Part shown: positions 39,474 to 48,537 of the stretch, one piece after another
Numbering within the stretch: the stretch's first letter is position 1
Layout: each line of letters starts with the position of its first letter
DNA from: Chlorobiota bacterium
GTDB taxonomy: Bacteria; Bacteroidota; Ignavibacteria; OLB7
NCBI GenBank assembly: GCA_021296135.1
Contig: JAGWAZ010000018.1
Coordinates: 31,808 to 95,807 of the forward strand
Direction of reading: 5' to 3'
Length of the DNA stretch: 64,000 bases
The notes under the pieces: generated by a model
Told to the model about the DNA's origin: nothing
Seen by the model: only the letters and a program-made list of their open reading frames with translations
Database searches by the model: none
Program-made: the position numbers and the translations under genes

Positions 39474-41639
39474 TCAGAAATTGACAAGTTGATCTATCCT
39501 TGCCCCAATCTCTTCGGTTCCGGGAACAACTGCCTTCATCAAGGTAGGGTTGTAGGGGATTGGCACATCCGGTGTTGCCATCCGTTCAACCGGGGCATCA
39601 AGATGTGTGAAGGCTTCCTGCGCAATCACAGCTCCGATTTCACCCCCAAATCCGCACGTCCAGTTGTCCTCGTGCAGAACGAGACAGCGATTTGTTTTCC
39701 GAACAGAATCAAGAACTCTCTCTTTGTCCCACGGCGAGATTGTCCGCAAGTCAATGATTTCAACACTTGCATTACTCTTCTCGGCCGCTGCTGTTGCTCG
39801 GTGCACCATCTCTCCCCATGTCACGATCGTGATGTCGGATCCCTCACGAACAACTCTGGCAACTCCGTAAGGCAGTGTGAAATGATCTCCGGGCCAGGGG
39901 CGTCGTCCGTCTCGTGTGTCGAGCAAAGAACGATGCTCAAAGAACATCGTGGGATCGTTCCCACGCAAAGCTGAGCGAAGCAGACCGACCGCATCTTCGG
40001 CATTTGACGGAATTGCAATACGCCATCCTACAAGATGAGCGTAGAGAGCTTCACTGGAAACAGAATGCCAGGGATCACCGGTCTTCTTTCCGTAACCAAC
40101 CGGGATGCGGACGACCAGAGGAGCGGCAAATTTGCCTGCCGTTCTCCAGCGAATGGTTCCACAATCGGTGATCTGTTCGTGTGCAGGGTCGGCATACTTC
40201 CTGAACTGAATCTCGGGAATCGGCATCAGTCCGGCCAGCGCCATGCCGACCGAGCGCCCGATGATTCCCTCTTCGTTCAATGATGTATCGAAGACGCGTT
40301 CTCTTCCAAACTTGTGCTGTAGATCTATGGTTGCACCATGCACGCCTCCTTTCACGCCAACATCTTCGCCAAAAAGAAGGATGCGATTATCCCGTTGCAA
40401 CTCTGTCTCAAGCGTCCGACGAATTGCATCGATCATGTTCATGCGCGGCCCTTCCGGCTTTGTCTCTTGGGTCCCTTTACTCCACTCCTGATAACTCTTC
40501 TCTCCGCCTTCGGCCATGCGTCCGCCAACAATCTGTGGTGAACCGGCATGATAAAACCGATTATGAAACACAGTCTCCATATCTGGCTCATCTGCGTTCT
40601 TTGCGCCTTCTGCGGCTTTGCGTGCCACTTCTTCCGCTTCGACTTCCATGCGTTTCCATTCATCGTCGGTCAACATCGTATTCCTGATCAGATACTCTCT
40701 CAGCTTCGGCAACGGGTCATTTGTCTCTTCCTCTGCCACTTGCTTTGCCGACTTATATGCTTGATTATCCTCAAAGGAATGCCCGCTCAGGCGTGGCACA
40801 TTCAGGTGAAGCAGTACAGGCCCCTTTCCTGAACGAGTGTGTGCAACCCCCTCGGCAATCAGTTCTGCAGTCTCTTCAGGTTCAACCCCATTCCCGGAAA
40901 GGATGGTAAGACCCGAGAACGACGCAAGGTTTTCCGAGATGCTTCCGCCAGGAGTCTGGAGATCACCCGTGACAGAGATACCATATCCATTATCTTCAAT
41001 AAAAAAGAGGTAGGGGAGCTGTAGTGTTGTGGCGATGGTCAGTGCCGACCAGAAGCCGTTTGTAGCGCAGGCTGCATCTCCCCCCAGAGCGACGGCAATT
41101 GCACCATCCCAGTCATTTTCCTTCAGGCTCTCGGAACGGTATTGAATCGCTTGCGCCCAGCCAATAGCTGGTGTGAACTGAGCGCCGACATCACCGCTCG
41201 TAGGAAGGACAGTACCTTTCTCGCGGCGGGGCAGGTTGTGGACAACCCCGATGTCACGCCCCTCACTGATGCCTCCGGAACGACCCATTGTGCTGCGGAG
41301 CGCCTCTTCCGGGGTCAGACCTTGTGTCAGAACAAAGGGACGCGAACGATAGTAGAGTGTGGCAGCATCATGTTCGTGCGTAATATGTTCGCCCAGGATG
41401 ATCTGCGACAGATCATGGCCTCGGGAGGAGAACTGGTAGGTGATGAGTCCGGCCGGTGCAAGCTCCTCTTCTTCAATCTTATCAAGAGCACGTGAGATGA
41501 AAAGAGTCTTCGTGACGCGTTTCCAGTCTACTGTTGTGTTCCCCTTTGCGGTCGCACGGTTGCCGTTCTTCCTCCGAGATGAGCCGTTAGCTGTCGGTTG
41601 CTTTTTTGCCGATCTCTTTTGCGCCGTCCCTTGCGCCAT
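39474..41639 (-). CDS. 2-oxoacid dehydrogenase E1 component, fused alpha+beta subunits (TPP-dependent)
   Basis: N-terminal half E1-alpha-like (GRDIGVVHNLP..., TPP-binding GDGA region); C-terminal half E1-beta/transketolase-like (ILLFGEDVGVKGGVHGATIDLQHKFGRERVFDTSLNEEGIIG). Confidence 0.75.
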   Translation of the reverse strand: MAQGTAQKRSAKKQPTANGSSRRKNGNRATAKGNTTVDWKRVTKTLFISRALDKIEEEELAPAGLITYQFSSRGHDLSQIILGEHITHEHDAATLYYRSRPFVLTQGLTPEEALRSTMGRSGGISEGRDIGVVHNLPRREKGTVLPTSGDVGAQFTPAIGWAQAIQYRSESLKENDWDGAIAVALGGDAACATNGFWSALTIATTLQLPYLFFIEDNGYGISVTGDLQTPGGSISENLASFSGLTILSGNGVEPEETAELIAEGVAHTRSGKGPVLLHLNVPRLSGHSFEDNQAYKSAKQVAEEETNDPLPKLREYLIRNTMLTDDEWKRMEVEAEEVARKAAEGAKNADEPDMETVFHNRFYHAGSPQIVGGRMAEGGEKSYQEWSKGTQETKPEGPRMNMIDAIRRTLETELQRDNRILLFGEDVGVKGGVHGATIDLQHKFGRERVFDTSLNEEGIIGRSVGMALAGLMPIPEIQFRKYADPAHEQITDCGTIRWRTAGKFAAPLVVRIPVGYGKKTGDPWHSVSSEALYAHLVGWRIAIPSNAEDAVGLLRSALRGNDPTMFFEHRSLLDTRDGRRPWPGDHFTLPYGVARVVREGSDITIVTWGEMVHRATAAAEKSNASVEIIDLRTISPWDKERVLDSVRKTNRCLVLHEDNWTCGFGGEIGAVIAQEAFTHLDAPVERMATPDVPIPYNPTLMKAVVPGTEEIGARIDQLVNF

Positions 41640-42081
41640 AATAGTGTATAGAGAGTTTTAGAAATATCGTTCGATAACAAAATTATAAAGATAGCCAATC
41701 ACCAATGAAGAAGCGGGGAGGGGGAAATCTTGAAACAAGGCAGTTTATATGCCGTTATTGCAGGTGAAATTTTTGCTTTACTTCCCCGTATGTAATCCCG
41801 TATCTTTGCCCCACTTTGTTAACCTGGGACTACAGCACAATGGCATACCTATACTATCGACTGCAACACATAGTACGTTCCCCGATGGATCAAAGGTCAT
41901 TTGTGCCTGCTCTGATCTTTCGATGATTCATAACTTCATATCGAGTCATAGTTCCAGCTAACAACTCATTCTGTATGTCTCGCTGATCGAAGCACGCTTT
42001 TCTGTTAAGAAGGAACATGCCCCGCGCTTGGCTCAGGGCGTCGTGCAGGAAACAACAACCGTATAAAACTATTGTAACTCT

Positions 42082-45000
42082 ATGAAGATTTCCCGTCTCT
42101 ATACGACCACTGGTAAAAATGTCTACGACATGTTTGAGTATTCCCTCCGCAGTTCTATTCTTCGGAATCCTGATGGATCGATTGTCTTCGAGATGCACGA
42201 CATCGAGGTTCCGATCCAGTGGTCACAGATGGCGACTGATATCCTCGCACAAAAGTATTTCCGCAAGACAAGTGTGCCGCAATTTGATGCCGAGGGGAAC
42301 CGGCTCTTTAACGAAAACGGGAAGCCGATTCTCGGTCCAGAGAAGAGCGTAAAGCAGGTTGTCCATCGTCTTGCAGGATGCTGGCGTCACTGGGGGGAAG
42401 AGCATGGTTACTTCGATTCGGAAGCTGATGCACAGGCCTTCTACGATGAGATTGCCTACATGCTCGTGAACCAGATGTCTGCCCCGAATTCACCTCAGTG
42501 GTTCAACACTGGACTCCACTGGGCCTATAACATTGAAGGACCTGCGCAGGGGCACTATTACGTCGATCCCGTAACCGGAAAGCTGACCCGTTCGAAAGAT
42601 GCCTACACACATCCGCACGCGCACGCCTGTTTTATTCAGTCGGTCAGGGATGACCTGGTCAACGAAGGTGGAATCTTTGATCTCGTGACTCGGGAGGCGA
42701 GGATCTTTAAATATGGTTCGGGCACAGGAAGTAATTTCTCTGCGCTCCGAGCCGAAGGAGAGTCTCTTTCAGGCGGCGGTGTCTCGAGTGGGCTCATGAG
42801 CTTCCTGAAAGTGAACGATCGGGCCGCCGGCGCTGTGAAGTCGGGTGGCACAACACGACGTGCTGCAAAGATGGTGATCTTGAACATCGACCACCCTGAC
42901 ATCGAGAAGTTCATCGACTGGAAGATGGTGGAGGAGCAGAAGGTGGCCGCTCTTGTTGCCGGATCACGCATCTGCAAGGCTTTTCTTTCGGGGATTGCCG
43001 AGGTTGCACGGGAACATGGAACCGATTATTCCGATCCATCTTCCGAACTTCACAATCTCGTACAGCGTGCGCTCAGTCGCGGTGTACCGTTCAACTATAT
43101 TATCCGTGTTGTCGCCCTTGTTGAACAGGGAGTGGAGAAGATTGACTTCAGCGAGTACGATTTGAACTATGAGGGAGAAGCATACAATACTGTCAGCGGA
43201 CAGAACTCCAACAACTCGGTCCGTGTCTCTAACGATTTCATGAAAGCTGTTGCCGAGGATGCCGACTGGCATCTGACCTGGCGGATAAACGGAGATGCGG
43301 CGAAGACGGTGAAGGCCAAATATCTCTGGGAGAAGATTAACCACGCTGCCTGGAGTTGCGCTGATCCCGGCCTGCAGTTCGATACCATCATCAACGAGTG
43401 GCACACAAGTCCGAGAGAAGGACAGATTAACGGGAGCAATCCTTGCAGTGAGTACATGTACCTCGACGACACGGCATGTAACCTGGCGAGTCTCAACCTC
43501 GGCCATTTCTATGACGAGGAGATCGAGGTCTTCGATGTTGAGAGCTATAAACATGCTACGCGGCTCTGGACAATTGTTCTCGAAATCTCTGTGCTGATGG
43601 CGCAGTTCCCATCGAAAGAGATTGCGCAGAAGAGCTTCGAAACACGGACGCTCGGACTTGGCTATGCAAATCTTGGTACGATCCTGATGCGTGCTGGTAT
43701 TCCGTACGACTCGGATGAAGGGCGTGCTTGGGCCGGGGCGATCACTGCAATCATGACCGGTGAGGCTTATGCCACAAGCGCAGAGATAGCAGGTGAGCTT
43801 GGAGCCTTCAACAAATACAAGCGGAATGCAAAGGAGATGCTTCGTGTCATGCGGAACCATCGTCGAGCCGCATATAATGCACCGGAAGGGGAGTACGAGG
43901 GATTGACCGTAACACCTGTCGGCATCGATCATTCGATTTGCCCCGTAAATCTTTCCATAGCTGCAAAGGAATGCTGGGATCGCGCAGTCAAGCTCGGCGA
44001 AGAGCATGGGTACCGGAACGCCCAGGTCTCGGTTATCGCTCCGACCGGAACTATAAGTCTGGTTATGGACTGCGATACCACTGGTATCGAGCCGGACTTT
44101 GCTCTGGTTAAATACAAGAAACTTGCCGGAGGTGGATATTTCAAGATCGTCAACCAGTCGGTGCCAAAGGCGTTGACCAACCTCGGTTACACCGATGCTG
44201 AGATCGCTGAGATATCCTCCTACATCAAAGGATATGCTTCGCTGAATGGCTGCCCACGCATCAATCGTGCCTCGCTCAAGACGAAAGGCTTTACCGACGA
44301 GAAGGTTGATGTTGTGGAGTCAGGACTGGAGACGGCGTTTGACATCACTTTTGCCTTCAACCGTTACACGCTCGAGGATGATTTTCTGAGAACTATCGGC
44401 TTCACCGACGAGCAGCTTGAGGATCCGTCGCTCAATATCCTGGCCGAACTCGGGTTCAGCAAGGAGGAAATAGAAGAGGCCAACCTGTATGTCTGTGGTA
44501 CCATGACAATCGAGGGAGCGCCCTATCTGAAGAAAGAGCATCTGCCGGTCTTCGATTGCGCCAACAGGTGTGGAAAGCTCGGTAAGCGGTACATTGAGTA
44601 CATGGGGCACGTAAAGATGATGGCTGCTGCACAGCCCTTTATCTCAGGAGCGATCTCGAAGACGATCAACATGCCACGTGAGGCAACGCTCGAGGATGTC
44701 GAGAAAGTCTACAATGAATCGTGGAAGTTGATGCTGAAGGCGATTGCTCTTTACCGTGACGGCTCGAAGCTTTCACAGCCGCTGAACGTCTCGGCAGATT
44801 CTGAACTTGTTGAGCAGGTGATGCTTGGCGACATCGATGTGGAGGCCTCCCATATGATCGGCAGTGATGAAAACTTCAATGAGGAGATTGGACCGCAGCA
44901 GGTGCAGGAGAAGATTATCGAGAAGGTCTATCACCGGGCAGAACGTCGGCGTCTGCCAAAGCGACGACACGGGTTTGTTCGAGAGGCAACCGTTGGCGGA

Positions 45001-45645
45001 CACAAGGTCTTCCTTCGTACCGGTGAATACGAGGACGGTACAATTGGAGAAATCTTCATCGATATGTACAAGGAGGGGGCGAGCTTCAAAGGATTGCTTA
45101 ACTGCTTTGCCGTGCTTGCCTCAAAGGCATTGCAGTATGGTATGCCGCTGGAGAAGATGGTCGACACCTTTACCTTTACCCGCTTCGAACCGTCAGGTCC
45201 AGTGCAGGGACACGAGGCGATCAAAAACGCAACTTCTATTATCGACTATGTCTTCCGTGCCGTCGGTTACGAGTATCTCGGTCGTGAAGACTTCGTTCAC
45301 GTCAGGGCGGTGGATGAAACCGAAGGGATTGAGTACGGTTCGGGAGACCGGGAGGGAGTGACAGCGTGGCTCTCACCAGGACGTGAATTGTGGGAACGCC
45401 AACAGAGCAGGAAGCGGGAGGCAAAAGGCGGAACCAATAACCCCACAAATGGGAACGGAGTGAACGGCTCAAACCGCCCGGCACAAGCGACGGGTACAGC
45501 AAGCGATCTGGAGGTGAAGGTGGCGGCTGCAAAAGCACACGGCTACACCGGCGAACAGTGTGGCAACTGTGGCTCGATGCGTGTAAAGCAGAACGGAGCC
45601 TGTCATGTCTGTGAGGAATGCGGGACGACAAGCGGATGCTCATAA
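42082..45645 (+). CDS. nrdJ: ribonucleoside-diphosphate reductase, class II (adenosylcobalamin-dependent), 1187 aa
   Basis: NPCSEYMYLDDTACNLASLNL active-site cysteine region; C-terminal CxxC...CxxC zinc ribbon (CGNCGSMRVKQNGACHVCEECG). Confidence 0.9.
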   Translation: MKISRLYTTTGKNVYDMFEYSLRSSILRNPDGSIVFEMHDIEVPIQWSQMATDILAQKYFRKTSVPQFDAEGNRLFNENGKPILGPEKSVKQVVHRLAGCWRHWGEEHGYFDSEADAQAFYDEIAYMLVNQMSAPNSPQWFNTGLHWAYNIEGPAQGHYYVDPVTGKLTRSKDAYTHPHAHACFIQSVRDDLVNEGGIFDLVTREARIFKYGSGTGSNFSALRAEGESLSGGGVSSGLMSFLKVNDRAAGAVKSGGTTRRAAKMVILNIDHPDIEKFIDWKMVEEQKVAALVAGSRICKAFLSGIAEVAREHGTDYSDPSSELHNLVQRALSRGVPFNYIIRVVALVEQGVEKIDFSEYDLNYEGEAYNTVSGQNSNNSVRVSNDFMKAVAEDADWHLTWRINGDAAKTVKAKYLWEKINHAAWSCADPGLQFDTIINEWHTSPREGQINGSNPCSEYMYLDDTACNLASLNLGHFYDEEIEVFDVESYKHATRLWTIVLEISVLMAQFPSKEIAQKSFETRTLGLGYANLGTILMRAGIPYDSDEGRAWAGAITAIMTGEAYATSAEIAGELGAFNKYKRNAKEMLRVMRNHRRAAYNAPEGEYEGLTVTPVGIDHSICPVNLSIAAKECWDRAVKLGEEHGYRNAQVSVIAPTGTISLVMDCDTTGIEPDFALVKYKKLAGGGYFKIVNQSVPKALTNLGYTDAEIAEISSYIKGYASLNGCPRINRASLKTKGFTDEKVDVVESGLETAFDITFAFNRYTLEDDFLRTIGFTDEQLEDPSLNILAELGFSKEEIEEANLYVCGTMTIEGAPYLKKEHLPVFDCANRCGKLGKRYIEYMGHVKMMAAAQPFISGAISKTINMPREATLEDVEKVYNESWKLMLKAIALYRDGSKLSQPLNVSADSELVEQVMLGDIDVEASHMIGSDENFNEEIGPQQVQEKIIEKVYHRAERRRLPKRRHGFVREATVGGHKVFLRTGEYEDGTIGEIFIDMYKEGASFKGLLNCFAVLASKALQYGMPLEKMVDTFTFTRFEPSGPVQGHEAIKNATSIIDYVFRAVGYEYLGREDFVHVRAVDETEGIEYGSGDREGVTAWLSPGRELWERQQSRKREAKGGTNNPTNGNGVNGSNRPAQATGTASDLEVKVAAAKAHGYTGEQCGNCGSMRVKQNGACHVCEECGTTSGCS

Positions 45646-45649
45646 TCAG

Positions 45650-46100
45650 GGATGAGGGAAGTCAGAAGTAAGAAAGTCAGAAGCCCACATTCAAGTCTGA
45701 AGTGCAACAGGTGGAGGAGCTTTACCGCAATATACTTCCCAGGGTCTCTTCCACCCCAGACGAGCATTTCTATCTCCACATCGCTCACTCTGTTGAAGTC
45801 GGTCCCCTTTGGGAAGTACCGACGAATCAACCCGTTGCTCTGCTCGTTCGTTCCACGCTGTGAGGCACGATACGGGTCGGTGAAGTAGAACTCGATCCCC
45901 GGCTCTTCGGCTATCAGTTGATGCAAGGCAAACTCCTGTCGATAGGCCATAGTGCTTCGCTTTGATGGAGTTGTTATCACAAAGCTACGGCATCGGTTCG
46001 GCAAGAGGAAGCTTCCGGGCTTCCTCTTCAGCCTTCAGGCCGATTTTCCGTCGCCTTATGACTCCTCCGGCAACCGTTGCACTTCAGAGTTGAATTCGGG
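45650..46100 (-). mobile_element. IS30-family transposase C-terminal fragment (remnant; includes left direct repeat)
   Basis: EFYFTDPYRASQRGTNEQSNGLIRRYFPKGTDF matches the hallmark IS30 catalytic-domain C-terminus (F-DPY-W-RGTNEN-NGLLRQY-PKGTD); no intact N-terminal domain. Confidence 0.6.
45916..46100. repeat. Direct repeat copy 1 (185 bp) of IS30-derived sequence; near-identical copy at 57139-57324
   Basis: Base-by-base comparison: ~172/185 identical, same orientation. Confidence 0.8.
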
Positions 46101-46303
46101 GTTTATAAGTGATTGATTCGGTATATTAGCAGTGATATTAAACCCGATTATCTACCGGGTAGTAAGGTTAATGTTTAAAAATTAGCTTGAGATGATTGTC
46201 CGGGCGGCTGGGTTTTTTGCAAAATAGGGGGAATTTGGTAGGATTGGTAAGTAAATAAGTACTTCTATTAATAATAAAACAAATCGGCACTTAAATTATA
46301 TAT

Positions 46304-48532
46304 ATGCAGAAAATTAAACTTACGGAGAATGAGAAGAGGGATGTGCTTAAATATATTGAGGCTGATAAACCACTGCCGGAAAAATATCGTTGGCTTTTGT
46401 TTGCAGACAAAAAACAAGTAGAGTTGGTGTGGCATGGAAAGACATCGGAAGTGACAAAAACGGTTCTGCCGTTTCAGACGATTGAGGTAGTAGACGAACC
46501 ACGTGCCGAAACCACAAAAGAGACCAAAGAAAATCCACAACAAGCCCTGTTTGATTTCGACGAACGAGGGCGGCAGATTTCCGGTTGGACAAACAAGCTC
46601 ATCTGGGGAGATAATAAACTGATTCTGTCCAGTCTTAAAAGCGGACCGCTCCGCGAGGAGATAGAGAAAGCCGGCGGACTTAAACTTATCTACATTGACC
46701 CGCCCTTTGATGTCGGTGCTAATTTTTCAATGAAAGTTGAAATCGGTGATGACGAGCTAACCAAAAAGCCGAATGTTTTGGAAGAGTTGGTCTATCGTGA
46801 CACCTGGGGTAAAGGCGCGGATAGTTTTATTGCGATGATATATGAGAGATTAAGTTTAATGCGTGACCTATTAGCCGACGATGGCAGTATTTATGTGCAT
46901 TGTGATTGGCGAGTGAATAGCTATATGCGGTTGGTGTTGGATGAGGTGTTTGGAAAGGATGACTATAGAAACGAAATTATTTGGCAAAGAGATGCCGTTG
47001 GTAAGGGAGGAAAGAAAATTTCAAAACAATGGTCAAAAGAAATTGATCACTTGCTGTGGTATTCAAATAGCAATAACTATTATTTTGAACAACAATTTAA
47101 ACAATCTGATGAATTGACACATACTCAACTTAAGGAATTTAGATATAAGGAAGACAACGGGCGTCTATTTAAAATAGTTACACTTGGTAATTACTCGAAA
47201 GATTCAATTGAGAAGATGCGTAAAAAAAATCTTATACATACAACATCAACAGGCAAAGAATATAAAAAATATTATCTGGATGAGTTTCAGTTAGCCATTG
47301 GATCACTATGGCATGATATACCTAATATTTCTCATGGTAAGAATCCAGAAGCCCTAAATTACCCCACCCAAAAACCCGAAAAGCTCCTTGAACGCATAGT
47401 CAAAGCATCTTCCAACGAAGGCGACCTAGTAGCCGATTTTTTCTGTGGTTCGGGTACTACTCTGGCAGTAGCGGAAAAACTGGGTCGCAAATGGATTGGC
47501 TCCGACCTGGGCAAGTTTTCTATTCATACTACTCGCAAACGGATGATTAGTGTGCAGAGAGAAATAAAAGAATCGGGTAAAGGTTTTCGGGCCTTTGAGA
47601 TTTTAAACCTCGGCAAGTATGAACGCCAACACTACATCGGAGTCAATGACAATCTGCGTGAGGAACAAAAGCAAAAACAGATAGCTGAAAAAGAGAATGA
47701 TTTTATAAAGCTCATCATCAAAGCGTATAAAGCCGAGGCGGTAGAAAACTTTAAAACTTTTGTCGCCAAGAAAGCCGGGCGGTTGGTGGCGGTCGGACCG
47801 ATTAATTTACCGACCTCGCGCCTTCTCGTGGAAGCGGTAATAAAAGAATGTATTGAAAAAAAGATTACCAAAGTGGACATTTTATCCTTTGAGTTTGAGA
47901 TGGGCTTGTTTCCCAAGATTCAAGAGGAAGCCAAAGGTAAGGGGATTGATTTGGCACTGAAGTACATACCACGGGAAGTTTTCGACAAGCGAGCGATTGA
48001 AAAAAATCAAATAGAATTCCATGATGTGTCATACATTGAAATTAAGCCCCACATAAAGCCGGCCGGAAAACGCACCCCGGGTACTGTGGCTGTTGAGCTG
48101 AAAGATTTCTCTGTTTTCTATAATCAGGATATTGTAGATAATGTGATTGCGGGTCTTAAAAAAGGCGCTCATAAGGTATTGGTTGAGGCAGGTAATATCA
48201 TTAAGGTAACCAAAGACAAAGACGGGGTTGTGAATCGTGAAGTGCTGACCAAAAAATGGACGGATTGGATTGATTACTGGGCGGTGGACTTTGATTTTGA
48301 GAGCAAGGAAGAGATTGTCCGCATTAAAAATGATGAGGGTGAAATTGAAAAAGTGTGGACTGGCGATTATATTTTTGAGAATGAGTGGCAGAGTTTTCGG
48401 ACCAAAAAAGATCGCTCGATCGAGCTTAAGAGTGTGAGCCGTGAATGTGGTGCCGGACGGCGCAAGATAGCCGTTAAGGTGGTTGATATTTTCGGCAATG
48501 ATACTATGAAAGTAATTGAGGTTAAAATATAA
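46304..48532 (+). CDS. mod: Type III restriction-modification system methyltransferase (Mod; beta-class N6A/N4C MTase)
   Basis: Motif IV YIDPPFDVGANF precedes motif I FFCGSGTTLAVAEKLGRKWIGSD (beta order); 5-nt gap to res. Confidence 0.85.
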   Translation: MQKIKLTENEKRDVLKYIEADKPLPEKYRWLLFADKKQVELVWHGKTSEVTKTVLPFQTIEVVDEPRAETTKETKENPQQALFDFDERGRQISGWTNKLIWGDNKLILSSLKSGPLREEIEKAGGLKLIYIDPPFDVGANFSMKVEIGDDELTKKPNVLEELVYRDTWGKGADSFIAMIYERLSLMRDLLADDGSIYVHCDWRVNSYMRLVLDEVFGKDDYRNEIIWQRDAVGKGGKKISKQWSKEIDHLLWYSNSNNYYFEQQFKQSDELTHTQLKEFRYKEDNGRLFKIVTLGNYSKDSIEKMRKKNLIHTTSTGKEYKKYYLDEFQLAIGSLWHDIPNISHGKNPEALNYPTQKPEKLLERIVKASSNEGDLVADFFCGSGTTLAVAEKLGRKWIGSDLGKFSIHTTRKRMISVQREIKESGKGFRAFEILNLGKYERQHYIGVNDNLREEQKQKQIAEKENDFIKLIIKAYKAEAVENFKTFVAKKAGRLVAVGPINLPTSRLLVEAVIKECIEKKITKVDILSFEFEMGLFPKIQEEAKGKGIDLALKYIPREVFDKRAIEKNQIEFHDVSYIEIKPHIKPAGKRTPGTVAVELKDFSVFYNQDIVDNVIAGLKKGAHKVLVEAGNIIKVTKDKDGVVNREVLTKKWTDWIDYWAVDFDFESKEEIVRIKNDEGEIEKVWTGDYIFENEWQSFRTKKDRSIELKSVSRECGAGRRKIAVKVVDIFGNDTMKVIEVKI

Positions 48533-48537
48533 ATTTT

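Noticed and set aside
41700-42081. Possible cobalamin riboswitch or NrdR boxes upstream of nrdJ
   Set aside because: No B12-box (GCCACTG-like) or convincing paired 16-bp NrdR palindromes found by eye; only a weak half-site-like ACACATAGTACGT
42964-44007. 347-aa - strand ORF
   Set aside because: Antisense inside nrdJ, whose reading frame has unambiguous class II RNR motifs
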